A stretch of 64,000 nucleotides of DNA, from contig OX597817.1 in the NCBI GenBank assembly GCA_951406725.2, positions 117,986,001 to 118,050,000 of the forward strand. The letters run 5' to 3'. This stretch comes from Octopus vulgaris (Eukaryota). Positions 13,140-24,939 of the stretch are shown piece by piece (positions within the stretch are counted from its first letter, which is position 1; each line of letters starts with the position of its first letter). Under the pieces are notes generated by a model. That model was given only the letters and a program-made list of their open reading frames with translations, did no database searches and had not been told where the DNA came from. The position numbers and the translations under genes were made by a program.

Positions 13140-13290
13140 CTTCCCCTTCCTGGTTCAACATCCACAGACTAGTTTCGGGGTATTTGCCCCACTAGTGTGT
13201 GGATGTTGAGCCAGCAAGGGGAAGCCTCTTGGAGTTAATCAACGGCTCAACGGCAGCATTCGTCCTAATTTCCTGGACTGCTATGTTAGC
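13140..13290. mobile_element. Small fold-back Penelope-like remnant with half hammerhead
   Basis: 34-bp inverted arms at ~13140-13173 and ~13191-13224. Minus strand reads ggggcaaatacccc-GAAAC-TA-GTC-tgtggat (stem II + GAAA + minimal helix III + GUC). The CUGAnGA box is absent. Confidence 0.55.
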
Positions 13291-13314
13291 TGGGCGTAAG
13301 TATTAACATATATG

Positions 13315-13380
<66 letters not shown>

Positions 13381-13385
13381 GTATA

Positions 13386-13430
<45 letters not shown>

Positions 13431-13457
13431 ATATATACATATATATATATATACATA

Positions 13458-13501
<44 letters not shown>

Positions 13502-14599
13502 CAGGTTGCACCCTAACCGCATAGCTAAATCAAGAGTAGAACAGAAAGAACAAAACATGCGGGGGAGTCCCCCCCCAAAAAAAAAATAAAAAATAGACGA
13601 TAACACACCAAACAGCAAACTAGTCAAAAAGAAGATACACGGACCATTCATACATGAATTTAAATTTAGGAAGTTCTAAACATATTTAGATAATTTTTTT
13701 TTTCTTTTATAATGAAGATACTCTGGAAAACTTTACTGTTAATACGCCCACTACTTGTGTTTCATCCATTTGTCACTGAAATCTGGCAGTTGATATATAG
13801 AGAGTGATAACACAAGAACATGCTGCTTTGACCTCTGTTTGTAGATATCTCTTCAAATACTGCGGTGAAGAGGAAGCGGTGATGGGAATGCAGCAATAGA
13901 GAAGCGGAGATGGGGAAACGGTGATTGGGAAGCGGAAATGTTGGAGGTATACAGTTAATACTCTATACTTAAGTGGCCCATGGTTTACCTAACGTCGTTA
14001 GTAATTTTAGACGTACGAGCTAGCTTGGGCGGAATATTTTGTGACGGTACATTTTTTTTTTTTTATGAGAGAACACTGCTCACAAAAAATTTGTGGGGGG
14101 TCTCGAAATGGGGACTCAAACATTACTGATTCCATCATTTAGGTGGTCAGCTATCTGAGAGTGACTGGCGTTCATACCAGCATGATAAAAGGAAGATGAT
14201 TAATTTCCGAATAAACTTCCCAAAGAAAAGAACAGCAAGAAATGCTGCCATGTGTCTAGATTGAAAGGGATTCCTCCCAACATGCATAACTTATTACATC
14301 TGTTGTAGGCAGAGAATTGAGCTGGTATAATATGAATATAGCCACGTACTCCGTCTTGGTGTTAATAATCATATATCAGGGAGTGCTGCTCTCTATACAT
14401 TTTTCTAGAGAGAGCCAAAAGGTGAGAAAAGAAATAGGGGAGTACGTTTCGCAGTACAAACAGAATTCACTAGTCGGTTGTGCAGTTTCAGGGAAAAAGT
14501 TTTCTCTATCCTGGGAACTTTTCATGACATCTGTTTCAGTGTATATTTCCGCCCTGGATAGTAGCCAAGAACCAATCATGGCTATTTACAAACATTTAC

Positions 14600-14740
14600 C
14601 TAGCAGTTCAGCATTGCAAACCGATAAAGTACTAGGCTTTAACAACAACAAGTATTGGTGTCGATCCATCCAACAAAACATTTTTAAGGCGGTTTCCCAG
14701 CATGGCCGCAATCTTATGACTTAGAAAAATAGTATATAAG
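14600..14740 (+). mobile_element. SINE 3' fragment (family of 11511-11926)
   Basis: ccgataaagtactagg...gtcgat...ggcggtttcccagcatggccgc tail. Confidence 0.65.
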
Positions 14741-14765
14741 AGACATTTACGTATGTGTCTTTTAC

Positions 14766-14840
<75 letters not shown>

Positions 14841-14841
14841 C

Positions 14842-14967
<126 letters not shown>

Positions 14968-14974
14968 TCATGTC

Positions 14975-15175
14975 TTTTATAGAATGAAGCAGTGGTGGGA
15001 TACCGCCTTGAAAATTTTTTAATCGGGTGTATCGCCCCCAATAAGTACAGCTTTTAAAGCCAGGTATATCGGCTCACTTTGCTGAATCGCTAAGTTACTG
15101 AGACGTAAACATACAAGCACCGGATCTGAAGCGGTCGCGGGGACCAAATATTAACACAAATACACATACACATAC
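14975..15175 (-). mobile_element. 3' half of a SINE split by Helitron insertions
   Basis: Aligns by eye to 11565-11745 (accgcctt...gctaagttac...aaacatacaagcaccgg). Confidence 0.7.
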
Positions 15176-15275
<100 letters not shown>

Positions 15276-15396
15276 TAGCAGCATAGCCCGGCGTTGCCCG
15301 GGTATGTAAGAGCCCCTAGTAGGCAACGACTAATCCCAATGTAGTCCTTTCCCTCCAGGGAACGAAGGTGCATGTGGACGTTGCAATGTCTTGTCT

Positions 15397-16303
15397 TCAC
15401 TGGAATACTTCTGTATATACGATGTTCCTAGCTGTCCGTTTGGGCGAAAACATGAAAACATCATTGCGCCTCCCAACGCGTGAACAGCCCACGTAGAGTT
15501 GACCGTGGGCGAAGCACTGTTCGCCCAAATGTAACCCAGCGACTTGTAGCGTTTGGCCTTGGGATTTATTGATGGACATTGCGAAGCAGAGTTTAACAGG
15601 AAACTGAGAACGCCTGAAGTGGATTGGTAGGTCAGCGCCCGACGGTTGAAGGTGCATCCGTGGAATGAAGACGTCCTCTCCCTTCCCACAACCGGTAAGT
15701 ATTGTGGCCGTTATTAAATGTGGTGCCAAATGTTTCACAACCAAACGTGTGCCGTTGCACTGTTTAGGTGGAACCAAATTCCTGATGAGCATAATGGGCG
15801 CACCGACTTTTAACTTCAGGATGTGTGGTGGCAGGCATGGCGGTTCAAGTGAATTCAGGAATTCAACAGGATAATCGGCAAGCTGGGCGGGGTCTGCTGT
15901 CCTATCTATAGATTTGTAGACGTGGACATCACCAGGAATAGCTTCAAGTAGCTGGATATTGATGGAGTTGACGGTTGTATTTTTGGGTGCGAGAATAGCT
16001 CTGCCTGCCAGCCATTTTAGGTCGCGTAAATTGTTTTGTAGGTCGTGGAAGACAGCGTCCCGGAGGCTAGCAGGGGTGTTGACAATGGTGCAAAGTGAGT
16101 CCAATTGAACGTAGCCATCCGCATCAGACAGCATCCTATTTTCACCGAGCGATAAGAGGTCCCTGGAGAATGCAGCGGATCCGCTGTCACCAATTAACTG
16201 CGCGCGCATGTTAGTTTGGAGGTGCAAGGGCCGCACATGTGCCCAAAGAGCTGACGACTTAAGGCACGCGCGCACGGGTTCCTTTTGGAATAACAGGTAG
16301 AGT
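15397..16303 (-). pseudogene. Helitron RepHel C-terminal helicase part (frameshifted continuation)
   Basis: TLPVIPKGT follows the stop, then the frame shifts into VRACLKSS...AILAPKN...LKLKVGAPIMLIRNL...CNGTRL...FAMSINKSQGQT...HGQLYVGCSRV...NIVYTEVF. Confidence 0.92.
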
Positions 16304-19300
16304 CTACCTGAAGTCTCCTGAAAGAAGTAAAGTTAATCCTCCCATGGGGGCCGTAGAGTCTCTGATGTCTTGCAGGGACCTGTCCAGTGCCTCAAGGGCG
16401 CTTTTGTGTGCCATAGTGCACTCGTCCCATACGATGAGTTTGCATCTGCGCAGAATGTCGGCCTGTTCTGAGTTCTTGGCGATGTTGCAGATAGGTGACT
16501 CGGACTTTGCCAGATCGAGCGGGAGTCTGAAGGCAGAGTGGGCGGTTCTGCCACCCGGAAGCAACGTGGCCGCGATACCAGAGGAAGCTACAGCCAGGGC
16601 AATGTCCGTGTTGCGTCTGACCTCTGCCAGAATTAGTTTAGTGACGAAGGTTTTGCCAGTGCCGCCGGGTGCATCAAGGAAGAAAATCCCCCCACGTTGC
16701 TGTCTGACAGAGTCTACGATGGTGTTATAGGCTATGCGCTGGTCTGGAAGCAGCCGTGGTTCATTATCTTGGACGTACTGGTGCAGTTCCTCAATGCAGT
16801 AGGAAGTTTCGCGTAACAATTCAGCAGACATAACATTGGCGTGTTCACGTGTGGGTGGTGGAAGGCCGTACTCTGTTAAAGCAGACCCACCCATATCGAT
16901 GACAGCGTCTTCGAGTTGAATGAGCGCAAAATTGTAAAAATTGTAAAAATTGTAAAAGTTGGTGAACGTGATCTCGGCGGAAGGGCAGTGTTGCTGAGCC
17001 GTACGTAAGAAGTCGTGCGACATGTCATCCCTGTATTTCATCCAGAGACTTAGTGGATCACTAAGCTGACATTTTTGAAGAAGGATTGCGAAAAGATGTC
17101 GTAGGGCCGAATGCGTTTGCAGTAAAGCACCCTCTGCCATCGTGGCGTCCCACTGGGAGTCATCCTCTAGAAGGCCAAGTCTCATACATGCTTCCCTGAA
17201 GGTGTCGCACAGAACCCCATTGACGGTATGTATATTGGCGAAACCTGTTGGACCAGTGACCTCATGTAGAAGGAGACGGAGGTAGAAGCATTCTTGCTGG
17301 TTTGGCGGGATGTTGTAAACTCGATCCAGGCAGGAGTCAAACTTGACGCCTGGGAAGCTTTCGACGTTTTTGCCGGATTTCCGTCGAACCCAGGTGTTTT
17401 TAGACCACACGAAGTACGATGGGACCTGTGGGTACAAAAGCGTTCGAGCGAAGTCATCACGTTGGCATAATTTGAAGAAACCAGTCAACGTTGTGTCTTT
17501 AGGGCTGGTGGCTATCTGCACAGCACTTTGCTCTGTGAAGTAAATCCGCTGTCCATTTTCCAAGTGTACAGCAAGCTGCACCACAGCCGGGTGTCTCTGA
17601 TGGAGCGGGAAGCCGTAAATGCGCCAAAACGCTTCGTTGCTGCTGAGGTACCGGCCAGCCAAGTAGTTGGACACTTCGTCGCGACTGGTGGTCCTCTGGA
17701 TGCTGAACATGGCAGCATCGCTGCCTTTGTTGATATATTTGCAGACATATTGTATTGGCCTGATGGAGCTGCAGAACTCAACGTTGACGTGGGCTTTGAA
17801 TATCTTCGACAGGAGAGGACAGTAGGGGACAATGTAGCTGTTGTCCACTTGATGTCGCCCAACCGTAATCGTGCGGCCTCCATTGGCTGGACTCCTTCGT
17901 TTGTACAGCGGATACCCATCGCCGCCTGTTTGAGTCTCCAAAGTGAACCGTTTAGGGAATCCCTTTGAGCAGGCTAATCCGTTTTTGTAGCATGGTGTGT
18001 TGGCGTAATTTGGTCCACAGGGCCCGTGTACCATGGTAGTGCGGACAATTTCGTAGAGTCCGGGGTCCTCATCGGGGTCAGGAATCTCGGCGGAAATGAA
18101 TTTGTCAATGTCATTAGTCTCGATTTTATGAGTGAGCCAAATTAAGATGTGAGCATGTGGCAAGCCCCTCTTTTGCCACTCGACCGAAAACATGTGGCAC
18201 CTGACGTGCCCGAAAATCTGACCCTTAACTATCAAATCCTTCATTTTGCCCAAATTCAGACGGAAAACCCTAGCAACGATGTCGTGTCGATGGGTGTGAG
18301 ATTGACCCGGGAGGAGTTCGCGAGTGATTTCGTCGCAGCTGGGATTGCACGTGTAGGTGATAAAGAGGTCCGGCCGGCCGTAAATGCGCACGTAGGTCAA
18401 GGCGTCTTGGGTCCTTTCACGCATATATCGCGGTCCTCCCGTGAAGGTGGAGGGTAGAATGCATGGCTTGCCGATGTTGCGAGGGTCATTTTCTTGTTGC
18501 AAACCGTCACGGAGATGAATGTAGGAGTCGGAGCGAAGTTTGGTCTGATTAAGTTTAATGTATAGCAGCCTTTCCGATTCCATTTTTGCGGCCATGTCGA
18601 CGGCGAACTGGTTGAATAGCTGACGACAACGGGGCAATAAGTTGAACTCACCCTCCCTGACCATGAACCGGTATGAGTAGAACGCCCTGCAGGAAACCGT
18701 CTTTGATGCCGCAGTAGTTTGATTGGAGGGCTGCCGTAAAGGAATTCCGAAGTGGTAGCCGTCTTCCCCATAAGGGAAAAGCAATGGATACTGAAGCGCG
18801 TCATAAGATCTGTGAGTCTCGCTGATCCTGTGTAGGTTGTTACCACGGGAGGAGATGATTATGTCACGGCTGTTGTGTTGCTCTCCGTGTATAACTGCGG
18901 CAATTTCGTTGCACGCAGGTGCGTTGAAACGGCGTTCGTGCTCCCCGTGGGGTCGTTTATCAGCATCAATGACAACGGTGAAGTTTGGAGATGGAGCACT
19001 GTCCAAGGCATATCTGAAGCTGCAGACGTAGCTGTTGATATCATGAAGCATGGTTTGGAGACGGAGAAGAATGTCTTTGCGAGGAACATAGCTTGTACCC
19101 GGTATTATTCCAAGGCGTGCATCAACCTGGTGGTTGTAGTCGGCAATGAAGTATATTTGGAGGAAAGAAGACTGCTGAATCTCGTCTGGCAGAAGTGACC
19201 CAATAAGATGGTAGACCTGTCCCTGCACTTTGAAAGTAGGCATCCAGCCTTCTCTGGGAGGAATTTTGGCCCCGAAAGAGGTCATTTGGAATGAGCAGTT

Positions 19301-20272
19301 GTACTTTCGAATTATTTCAAGGAATTGTGACGAATCGGGGGTTAAACCCGCCGCGAGATCCTTCAGTGGTTGAGGTGGTTCCCGTAGGGGTGGCAGGTCC
19401 ACTTTGCCACCAGAGCAGCACAAACCAGGTGGCTCTCCGGCCCATTTCTTGGCTTTGCAAAACTGGCATACAATTGTCATTGACCCTATCTTGATGTCGT
19501 CACGCAAGGAGAAGTTAATTGTGGCGTCGTAGTTGAATGCTAGTGACAACCAGAAAGCGGGGGCAGGGGTACGTACACCACGAATGATATCCCGACGTTT
19601 GTTGATACTCTCAAGTCGAGTGCACCGTGCCTCAGCAGATTCAGATGCACGTGCGACAGCGGTAGCAGTGGCATCCCTTGAAAGCCTTTCAGCTCTCGCC
19701 TCAGCACCCTCTGAAGCCCTAGCAGAAGCAGTGTTAATGGCATGTCTGGATGTCCGAATAGTCCGTTGGTGTGGAGTTTCGGCAGATCGAGCCCTGGCTG
19801 TGTTTGCGGCGTTAGCAGCTTGGCGAGCTCTCCTCTGTTGAGGTGTTTCGGCAGCTTTGGCCATGGCTTTGTTTGCGGCGTCAGCATCTTGGCGAGTTCT
19901 CCTCTGCTGTGAGGTTTCGACAGATCGTGTCCTGGCAAAGCTAGTGGCGTTAGCCGCATTCCGAATGGCCCTTTGTTCGGGGTTCTCGCGAGCTCTGCGG
20001 ATGGACGCACAGTAAGAAGCCCGCATGTTTTCGCTGGACTGTTGCTCTTTCGTCAACCTCGAGCGGAGGGAAGATCTGTACGCTGCGACCCTTGCAAGTC
20101 GGGTAGAACGGTCGCTAGTAGTTTCAGATGCCTGAGCAGCGGCATAACGGGAAGCTGTTTGCGAGAGGCGCAAGGCGGTTTCCTCGTGGGTCTCGCGTGC
20201 CCTTCTAGCCCTATCAGCCGATGCCTTGGCCGTCCGAGGGCTGAGGAGGGTCCTTCTCTTCTTGGGTGGCAT
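16304..20272 (-). CDS. Helitron RepHel, N-terminal part (STPR-like repeats, Zn finger, HUH/Y2 Rep, Pif1-like helicase motifs I-III); ends in premature stop
   Basis: Likely ATG at 20272 (MPPKKRR, NLS-like). CQFC..CC Zn motif; Rep motifs PDLFITYTCNP, VEWQKRGLPHAHIL and YVCKYINKG; Walker A DAPGGTGKT; Walker B IVWDEC; GDFR* where GDFRQ is expected. Confidence 0.93.
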   Translation of the reverse strand: MPPKKRRTLLSPRTAKASADRARRARETHEETALRLSQTASRYAAAQASETTSDRSTRLARVAAYRSSLRSRLTKEQQSSENMRASYCASIRRARENPEQRAIRNAANATSFARTRSVETSQQRRTRQDADAANKAMAKAAETPQQRRARQAANAANTARARSAETPHQRTIRTSRHAINTASARASEGAEARAERLSRDATATAVARASESAEARCTRLESINKRRDIIRGVRTPAPAFWLSLAFNYDATINFSLRDDIKIGSMTIVCQFCKAKKWAGEPPGLCCSGGKVDLPPLREPPQPLKDLAAGLTPDSSQFLEIIRKYNCSFQMTSFGAKIPPREGWMPTFKVQGQVYHLIGSLLPDEIQQSSFLQIYFIADYNHQVDARLGIIPGTSYVPRKDILLRLQTMLHDINSYVCSFRYALDSAPSPNFTVVIDADKRPHGEHERRFNAPACNEIAAVIHGEQHNSRDIIISSRGNNLHRISETHRSYDALQYPLLFPYGEDGYHFGIPLRQPSNQTTAASKTVSCRAFYSYRFMVREGEFNLLPRCRQLFNQFAVDMAAKMESERLLYIKLNQTKLRSDSYIHLRDGLQQENDPRNIGKPCILPSTFTGGPRYMRERTQDALTYVRIYGRPDLFITYTCNPSCDEITRELLPGQSHTHRHDIVARVFRLNLGKMKDLIVKGQIFGHVRCHMFSVEWQKRGLPHAHILIWLTHKIETNDIDKFISAEIPDPDEDPGLYEIVRTTMVHGPCGPNYANTPCYKNGLACSKGFPKRFTLETQTGGDGYPLYKRRSPANGGRTITVGRHQVDNSYIVPYCPLLSKIFKAHVNVEFCSSIRPIQYVCKYINKGSDAAMFSIQRTTSRDEVSNYLAGRYLSSNEAFWRIYGFPLHQRHPAVVQLAVHLENGQRIYFTEQSAVQIATSPKDTTLTGFFKLCQRDDFARTLLYPQVPSYFVWSKNTWVRRKSGKNVESFPGVKFDSCLDRVYNIPPNQQECFYLRLLLHEVTGPTGFANIHTVNGVLCDTFREACMRLGLLEDDSQWDATMAEGALLQTHSALRHLFAILLQKCQLSDPLSLWMKYRDDMSHDFLRTAQQHCPSAEITFTNFYNFYNFYNFALIQLEDAVIDMGGSALTEYGLPPPTREHANVMSAELLRETSYCIEELHQYVQDNEPRLLPDQRIAYNTIVDSVRQQRGGIFFLDAPGGTGKTFVTKLILAEVRRNTDIALAVASSGIAATLLPGGRTAHSAFRLPLDLAKSESPICNIAKNSEQADILRRCKLIVWDECTMAHKSALEALDRSLQDIRDSTAPMGGLTLLLSGDFR

Positions 20273-20392
20273 TTTGGTGGATAGCAATGTGTTTGGCAAA
20301 GGTGTAATAAAAAGGAACACGTGGGGTAAGTATTTTGGTGGATAGCAATGTGTTTGGTAAAGGTGTAATAAAAAGGAGCTCGTGGGGTAAGT
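20271..20392. repeat. 61-bp tandem duplication immediately upstream of the RepHel ATG
   Basis: attttggtggatagcaatgtgtttgg(c/t)aaaggtgtaataaaaagga..cgtggggtaagt occurs twice. Confidence 0.9.
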
Positions 20393-21416
20393 ATCCGAAA
20401 ATGTATAAAAATGTACAAAAACGGCCAAAAAGCTGGCAGCAATGTGAGTGACAACAACGAAAAAGTCAAAAGTGATCAAACTGAACAAACGAAAGGAAAA
20501 GTTTTTTGATGCACACGACAAAAGTGGTTTATAATAAACCAAGAGTTTGCAAGTAGCGTCCGAGGACCGTTAGGGTACGTCAAAAATTGAAGGTAAAACG
20601 TTTGGGGTGGTAGTTATAAAGAAAGTTTAAACCAAAAAAGTATTCGAATAACTTGCGGCTGCAGCAGCTATTAGCAGAAGTGGCGGTGTTGGGGGTAAAG
20701 TCTCGAATGTAATTTCTTCCTGGTAGGAATTGGTTGGATCGAATTATCGATAGCTAAAAAGGTCAAGTTGCGTCCCCTAGACAGTCTGGTTTGTGTTTAA
20801 TACACAAATTTGTTTGCTATGTGTGCCACATATGATTAAATTAACCGATTTTTTCCAATAATGTATCCTATTGGAATAAAAAGGGCTATATAGCTCCTTG
20901 GAGCAGACATGATGCTCGTTGTGAAAAAAAAAAAAGATTCCTGCCAATTTGTGAAAGATATTGTCGAAAATATGTCATCTTGAATTTGAACGCGATTTCT
21001 CAAAATTGCATGATTTTATCGATTGTTTCTGATGGTAAGGTATTGCATGGAAAACTAACGTCAGAATTGAGTTTCTTAGGGTAACATTAAGCTTCACCAT
21101 GAGTTTGGTGAAAATGATTGCAAGTTGTGAAAACTACCATAGATAATGCGTTGCATAAAAAAAGCTTAGATTCTCGAGTTGCGTCCCCTAGACAATCTGT
21201 GGTTCATGTTTATGATTCTCGACCCCATGTCGAATTTATCAATTTTTTCAGAACTGGGGGAACTTTTCAAAATTTTCGCTGCGTTAGTTTTGAATTATGA
21301 CATTGGGCTATGTGTGTGTCAAGTTTCATCAGAATCGGTTGAAAGCCGTGGTCAGGGTGAGGGTACGAGAAAACAGACACACAGAAGCACGCACAGACAA
21401 CCTGCCGTTTATATAT

Positions 21417-21469
<53 letters not shown>

Positions 21470-21470
<1 letters not shown>

Positions 21471-23211
21471 TAGAATTATGACCCGTCGTTGCCGGGTCAT
21501 AGTGCTACTGCATGTATATATGTGTATATATATGTGTACATATCACATCTACATCTATATATATACATCTACACATGAAATAGAAAATACAAAGTTATAT
21601 CTTGATATCGCTAGTGATAACAATACTCAAAATATATAACAGACCGGAATTGTATGCCCGTCTCTTGCAATTTCGATCAATTGTATATTGTCCTCCCACT
21701 TGTATAGAAGTGTGGCTACAATCCAGCCTACCTCTACTTCTGGGGGGACATTTTAAATTTTTATCCGGGACGTCCTACGTCCCAGATATAAAGGTAAAGA
21801 TAAAATATTTCCACTTTGCAAGATTCGAGTCAAGTACTCCCTTGCACGCTCCTTTGACTCGAACCTTGCTTATATTGTGGCGAATTTACCGTCTCTGGTT
21901 AGATAGGTTTCATAGTCGCACCAAGACACTTTTTGATGGTGCTTTCCTCCAGGTGTTCAAATCTTAGTTTCTCTACATTTTATACGTCATAGACAATAGT
22001 CTTTTCTTTAATTTAATTTTTTTATTTCGTTTGTTAGTGTTATCCGAGATTCACCGTCTTTGTCGGTGATCAATACGAAATAGGTTTGTATTTTTCCATT
22101 TTAAATTTTAATGAATTCGCCCCCGCCGACGGCTGCAGCGAAATTCAGTTTTGGACTTTCTTCTATCAAAGTCATTCTAACAAAAATGCCTCCGTATAAA
22201 CGGTGAAAATATTGTCAATTTCCCCAAACAGGGACACAATTCCATTTTTAAACAATAACCAAAGCTCCTTCTCCCAAAGGGGGGAGGGTTACAGTTTACA
22301 TTTATTTAACAAATGGAACACAACAACGTTTCCTTTACGAAGAACCAACAAACGTGATAACAATAGTTAAATAGTAATAATAATAACAACAAACCTTACG
22401 GTGAATCAAAAAGCAGTACGCAGTTGAAGCGATAGTCCTTTATGTATAAGAAATAAACCAACAGCAGTACTCAGTAGAAGCGGCTGTTCCAGAAAACAGA
22501 CATTACATACAGCCAAACTTCATATAGATACTTAATGCTAGCTAATTAGCAGATAATCTAATGTAAAAGCCGTAGTAAACGGTATGCGCACAGCTCCATC
22601 TGGACTATTCCATTTCTACACGCTAAGTTTATTTTTAATTTATTCCCATTCATGTGAAGCCACTTATTCAAGTTCAAGTTATTGATGCAATTTTATACCA
22701 TTGCTATTTTTACTTTTGATATGTTACGATTATATTATACTTTAGTTTGATTTTAATTATTAATAACTACATATAATTCAATTGTTATTATTATCTCTAA
22801 TTTTTATTGTTAAAGTGAAAGTATCTGACATAAAATAGAGAAATGCTTTTGTTTCACTTTTAACACGTAATACTGAAATAGGGGAGATGATATGATATCG
22901 CCATGGGCTCGCCCTAGGCAAGAAGTTGAACATTCTTTTTGCCCATGAAACTACATGGACCCAAAGTAAGGCATGTGTAAAATTTGAATGAAATTGGTTG
23001 TGTAGTTCTCAAGTTTTAGGGAATCGTAGTGGAGAAGATATGATATTGCTGTGGGCTCGCTCTAGGCAAAAAGTTTAAAATGTTTTTGCCGATGACCCTC
23101 CCCGGACCCTAAGTAAGATATGTGTCAACTTTGAATGAAATTGGTTGTGTAGTTCTCAAGTTTTAGGGAAACACACAAACAGACAGACACACACACATAG
23201 TTTTATATAGA
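21470..23211 (-). mobile_element. Non-autonomous Helitron in tandem with the autonomous element
   Basis: 3' CTAG at 21470-21473 with hairpin atgacccg-tcgttgc-cgggtcat (21478-21500). 5' A|TCTATATAAAAC at 23211. ~148-bp subterminal tandem repeat at ~22881-23023 / ~23031-23170. Confidence 0.85.
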
Positions 23212-23216
23212 TAGAT

Positions 23217-23422
23217 AACGACCGGTTTCTCTCAGTTGTCGTCTATCAAATCTACTCACAAGGTAATATAAAGATTCTTTCAATTTCGATGTACCAAGTT
23301 CAGTGACAAAGGCTTTTGGTCGCCCGGGGCTGTAAAAGAAGACACTACCCCGAGTTTCCACGAAATGAGACTGAAACGAGAATTATGTATTTGGGAAACA
23401 AACTACTTGCGACACAGTCATA
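23217..23422 (-). mobile_element. 5' half (tRNA head) of the SINE split by the Helitrons
   Basis: acgaccggtttctctcagttgtcgtctatcaaatctactcacaagg...ggtcgcccggggctg..aagacact aligns to 11766-11920. Confidence 0.7.
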
Positions 23423-23489
23423 TTGATATATGTTACAAATATGGACGCATCTAAGTGCATTGAAAAGTAATGAAAGACAATTGATTTTC

Positions 23490-23525
<36 letters not shown>

Positions 23526-23526
23526 G

Positions 23527-23572
<46 letters not shown>

Positions 23573-24269
23573 AAATTTTAGCTTTTATCTTTTAAGGAGA
23601 TAGCATTGGTATCTATAACTACCTACTATCACCCCAAAAATGCGTTTAAAATTTCGTGTGCATTGTAACGTTTTTAGAGACATTGAAAAATTGGTGTGTA
23701 AAATAATGGTATATCTTTCAACCGATATAACATTCTTGCGTTTACTAGTCTGTGTATGAAGGACAGTGTTTATTTCCATTTTTGTAACCAACTAGACAAA
23801 CATTTTCAGATGGATATTGCAAATCTATTGAAGTGGATATTTGTTTATATGGCAACCACTTAAATCGAAAACGACTGGTGTCTTATAAATATAAATAGAC
23901 ATACTTACTCTGAGCATTTCTACCAATTTTAAATTGATAAACTCACATTAGTGACACATCCTCCTGCTGATTCAAGAAATATAAGGTCATTTTTCTAGTG
24001 TCTGGCCTTAAATAATCTGTGAATGAGTAAATCTCCATGTAATATGTTTTAACTATGTCGACCCAAAATTTTTCTTCGTTTGTTTTCGTAACAAATCAGC
24101 AGTAGATTTTTAAAATCATGAGATATAGATAAGTTAAAAGAGAATATCCTATCTCCAAAATATCAATCGATGCAACCGAATGTTTGTTATTATCAATGAC
24201 GCTTTCGCTCTGGCAATTCTTATACCGACACTAATCCAAATGAGCGAGTCATAGCCAATGGGCAAAATA

Positions 24270-24720
24270 CATTTGGGTCATTCTTTTTTCTGTCAACTTT
24301 CCAACACACTCCTTTGAGACCTTGCTGTTCTTAATAAGGCTGTTTTCTACTGCAGTTCCGTTCTGATTGTAATTCATATCATCTCAACCCATGCATTCGA
24401 CCTTTTTTTAACTGCTCACAGTGTGCCAACCACACTCGGTACCATTTCTGCTTTCCTGATTCTCCATATCTTCTCTATTATTGTTGTTGTTGCTGTTCTT
24501 CTTGTTATAGAACCAAAGCTCAAGTTTGGTCTTATTCCTGGTAGGATTTATTTGTAGCGGGATACTACCTATAACATTTTGTATCCACATGTTTTCAGGA
24601 ATCTTTGAAGTACTTAGAACGCTCCTGATAATTCTTGTTGTCCTTAAGATGTAAATCATCTGTTGGAAGTTTACCGGACATTCTGTTTTAATCTCCCTCA
24701 GCCATTCGTCTATATCTTGC
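24270..24720 (-). pseudogene. Two decayed R4/Dong-type LINE 3' fragments
   Basis: Minus-strand translations ELQ*KTALLRTAR (~24320-24360) and ILRTTRIIRSVL (~24615-24650) match the C-terminus of RLE-type non-LTR elements. An (AAC/AAT)n tail lies at ~24478-24495. Confidence 0.5.
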
Positions 24721-24852
24721 CTTACTGTTCTGAACGCACGATCTTTACTGTTCGCTTACTCCAAGCACTTCCTATTTCAAGTGTTATAGGTTTGTATTTT
24801 CTTTGCTTTTCTTCCTCTTTCTTACGATCCTGGGTTTCTTCTTTTTTCTTTT

Positions 24853-24884
24853 ATTATTATTGTTGTTGTTGTTGTTGTTATTAA

Positions 24885-24939
<55 letters not shown>

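Noticed and set aside
16275-16306. Programmed readthrough or frameshift in RepHel
   Set aside because: The stop replaces the conserved Gln of helicase motif III and residues appear to be missing at the shift; simple mutation is more parsimonious.
16333-20469. Alternative-frame and antisense ORFs overlapping RepHel
   Set aside because: Expected shadows of a GC-rich coding region; no recognisable motifs.
20273-20542. N-terminal 90 aa of the 1412-aa ORF
   Set aside because: Non-ATG start running through a 61-bp tandem repeat; the ATG at 20272 (MPPKKRR) is the more plausible start.
22881-23170. Repeat units as a CRISPR-like array (also 59043-59298, 57874-57935)
   Set aside because: Two-copy tandem duplications without unique spacers, in a eukaryotic transposon context.
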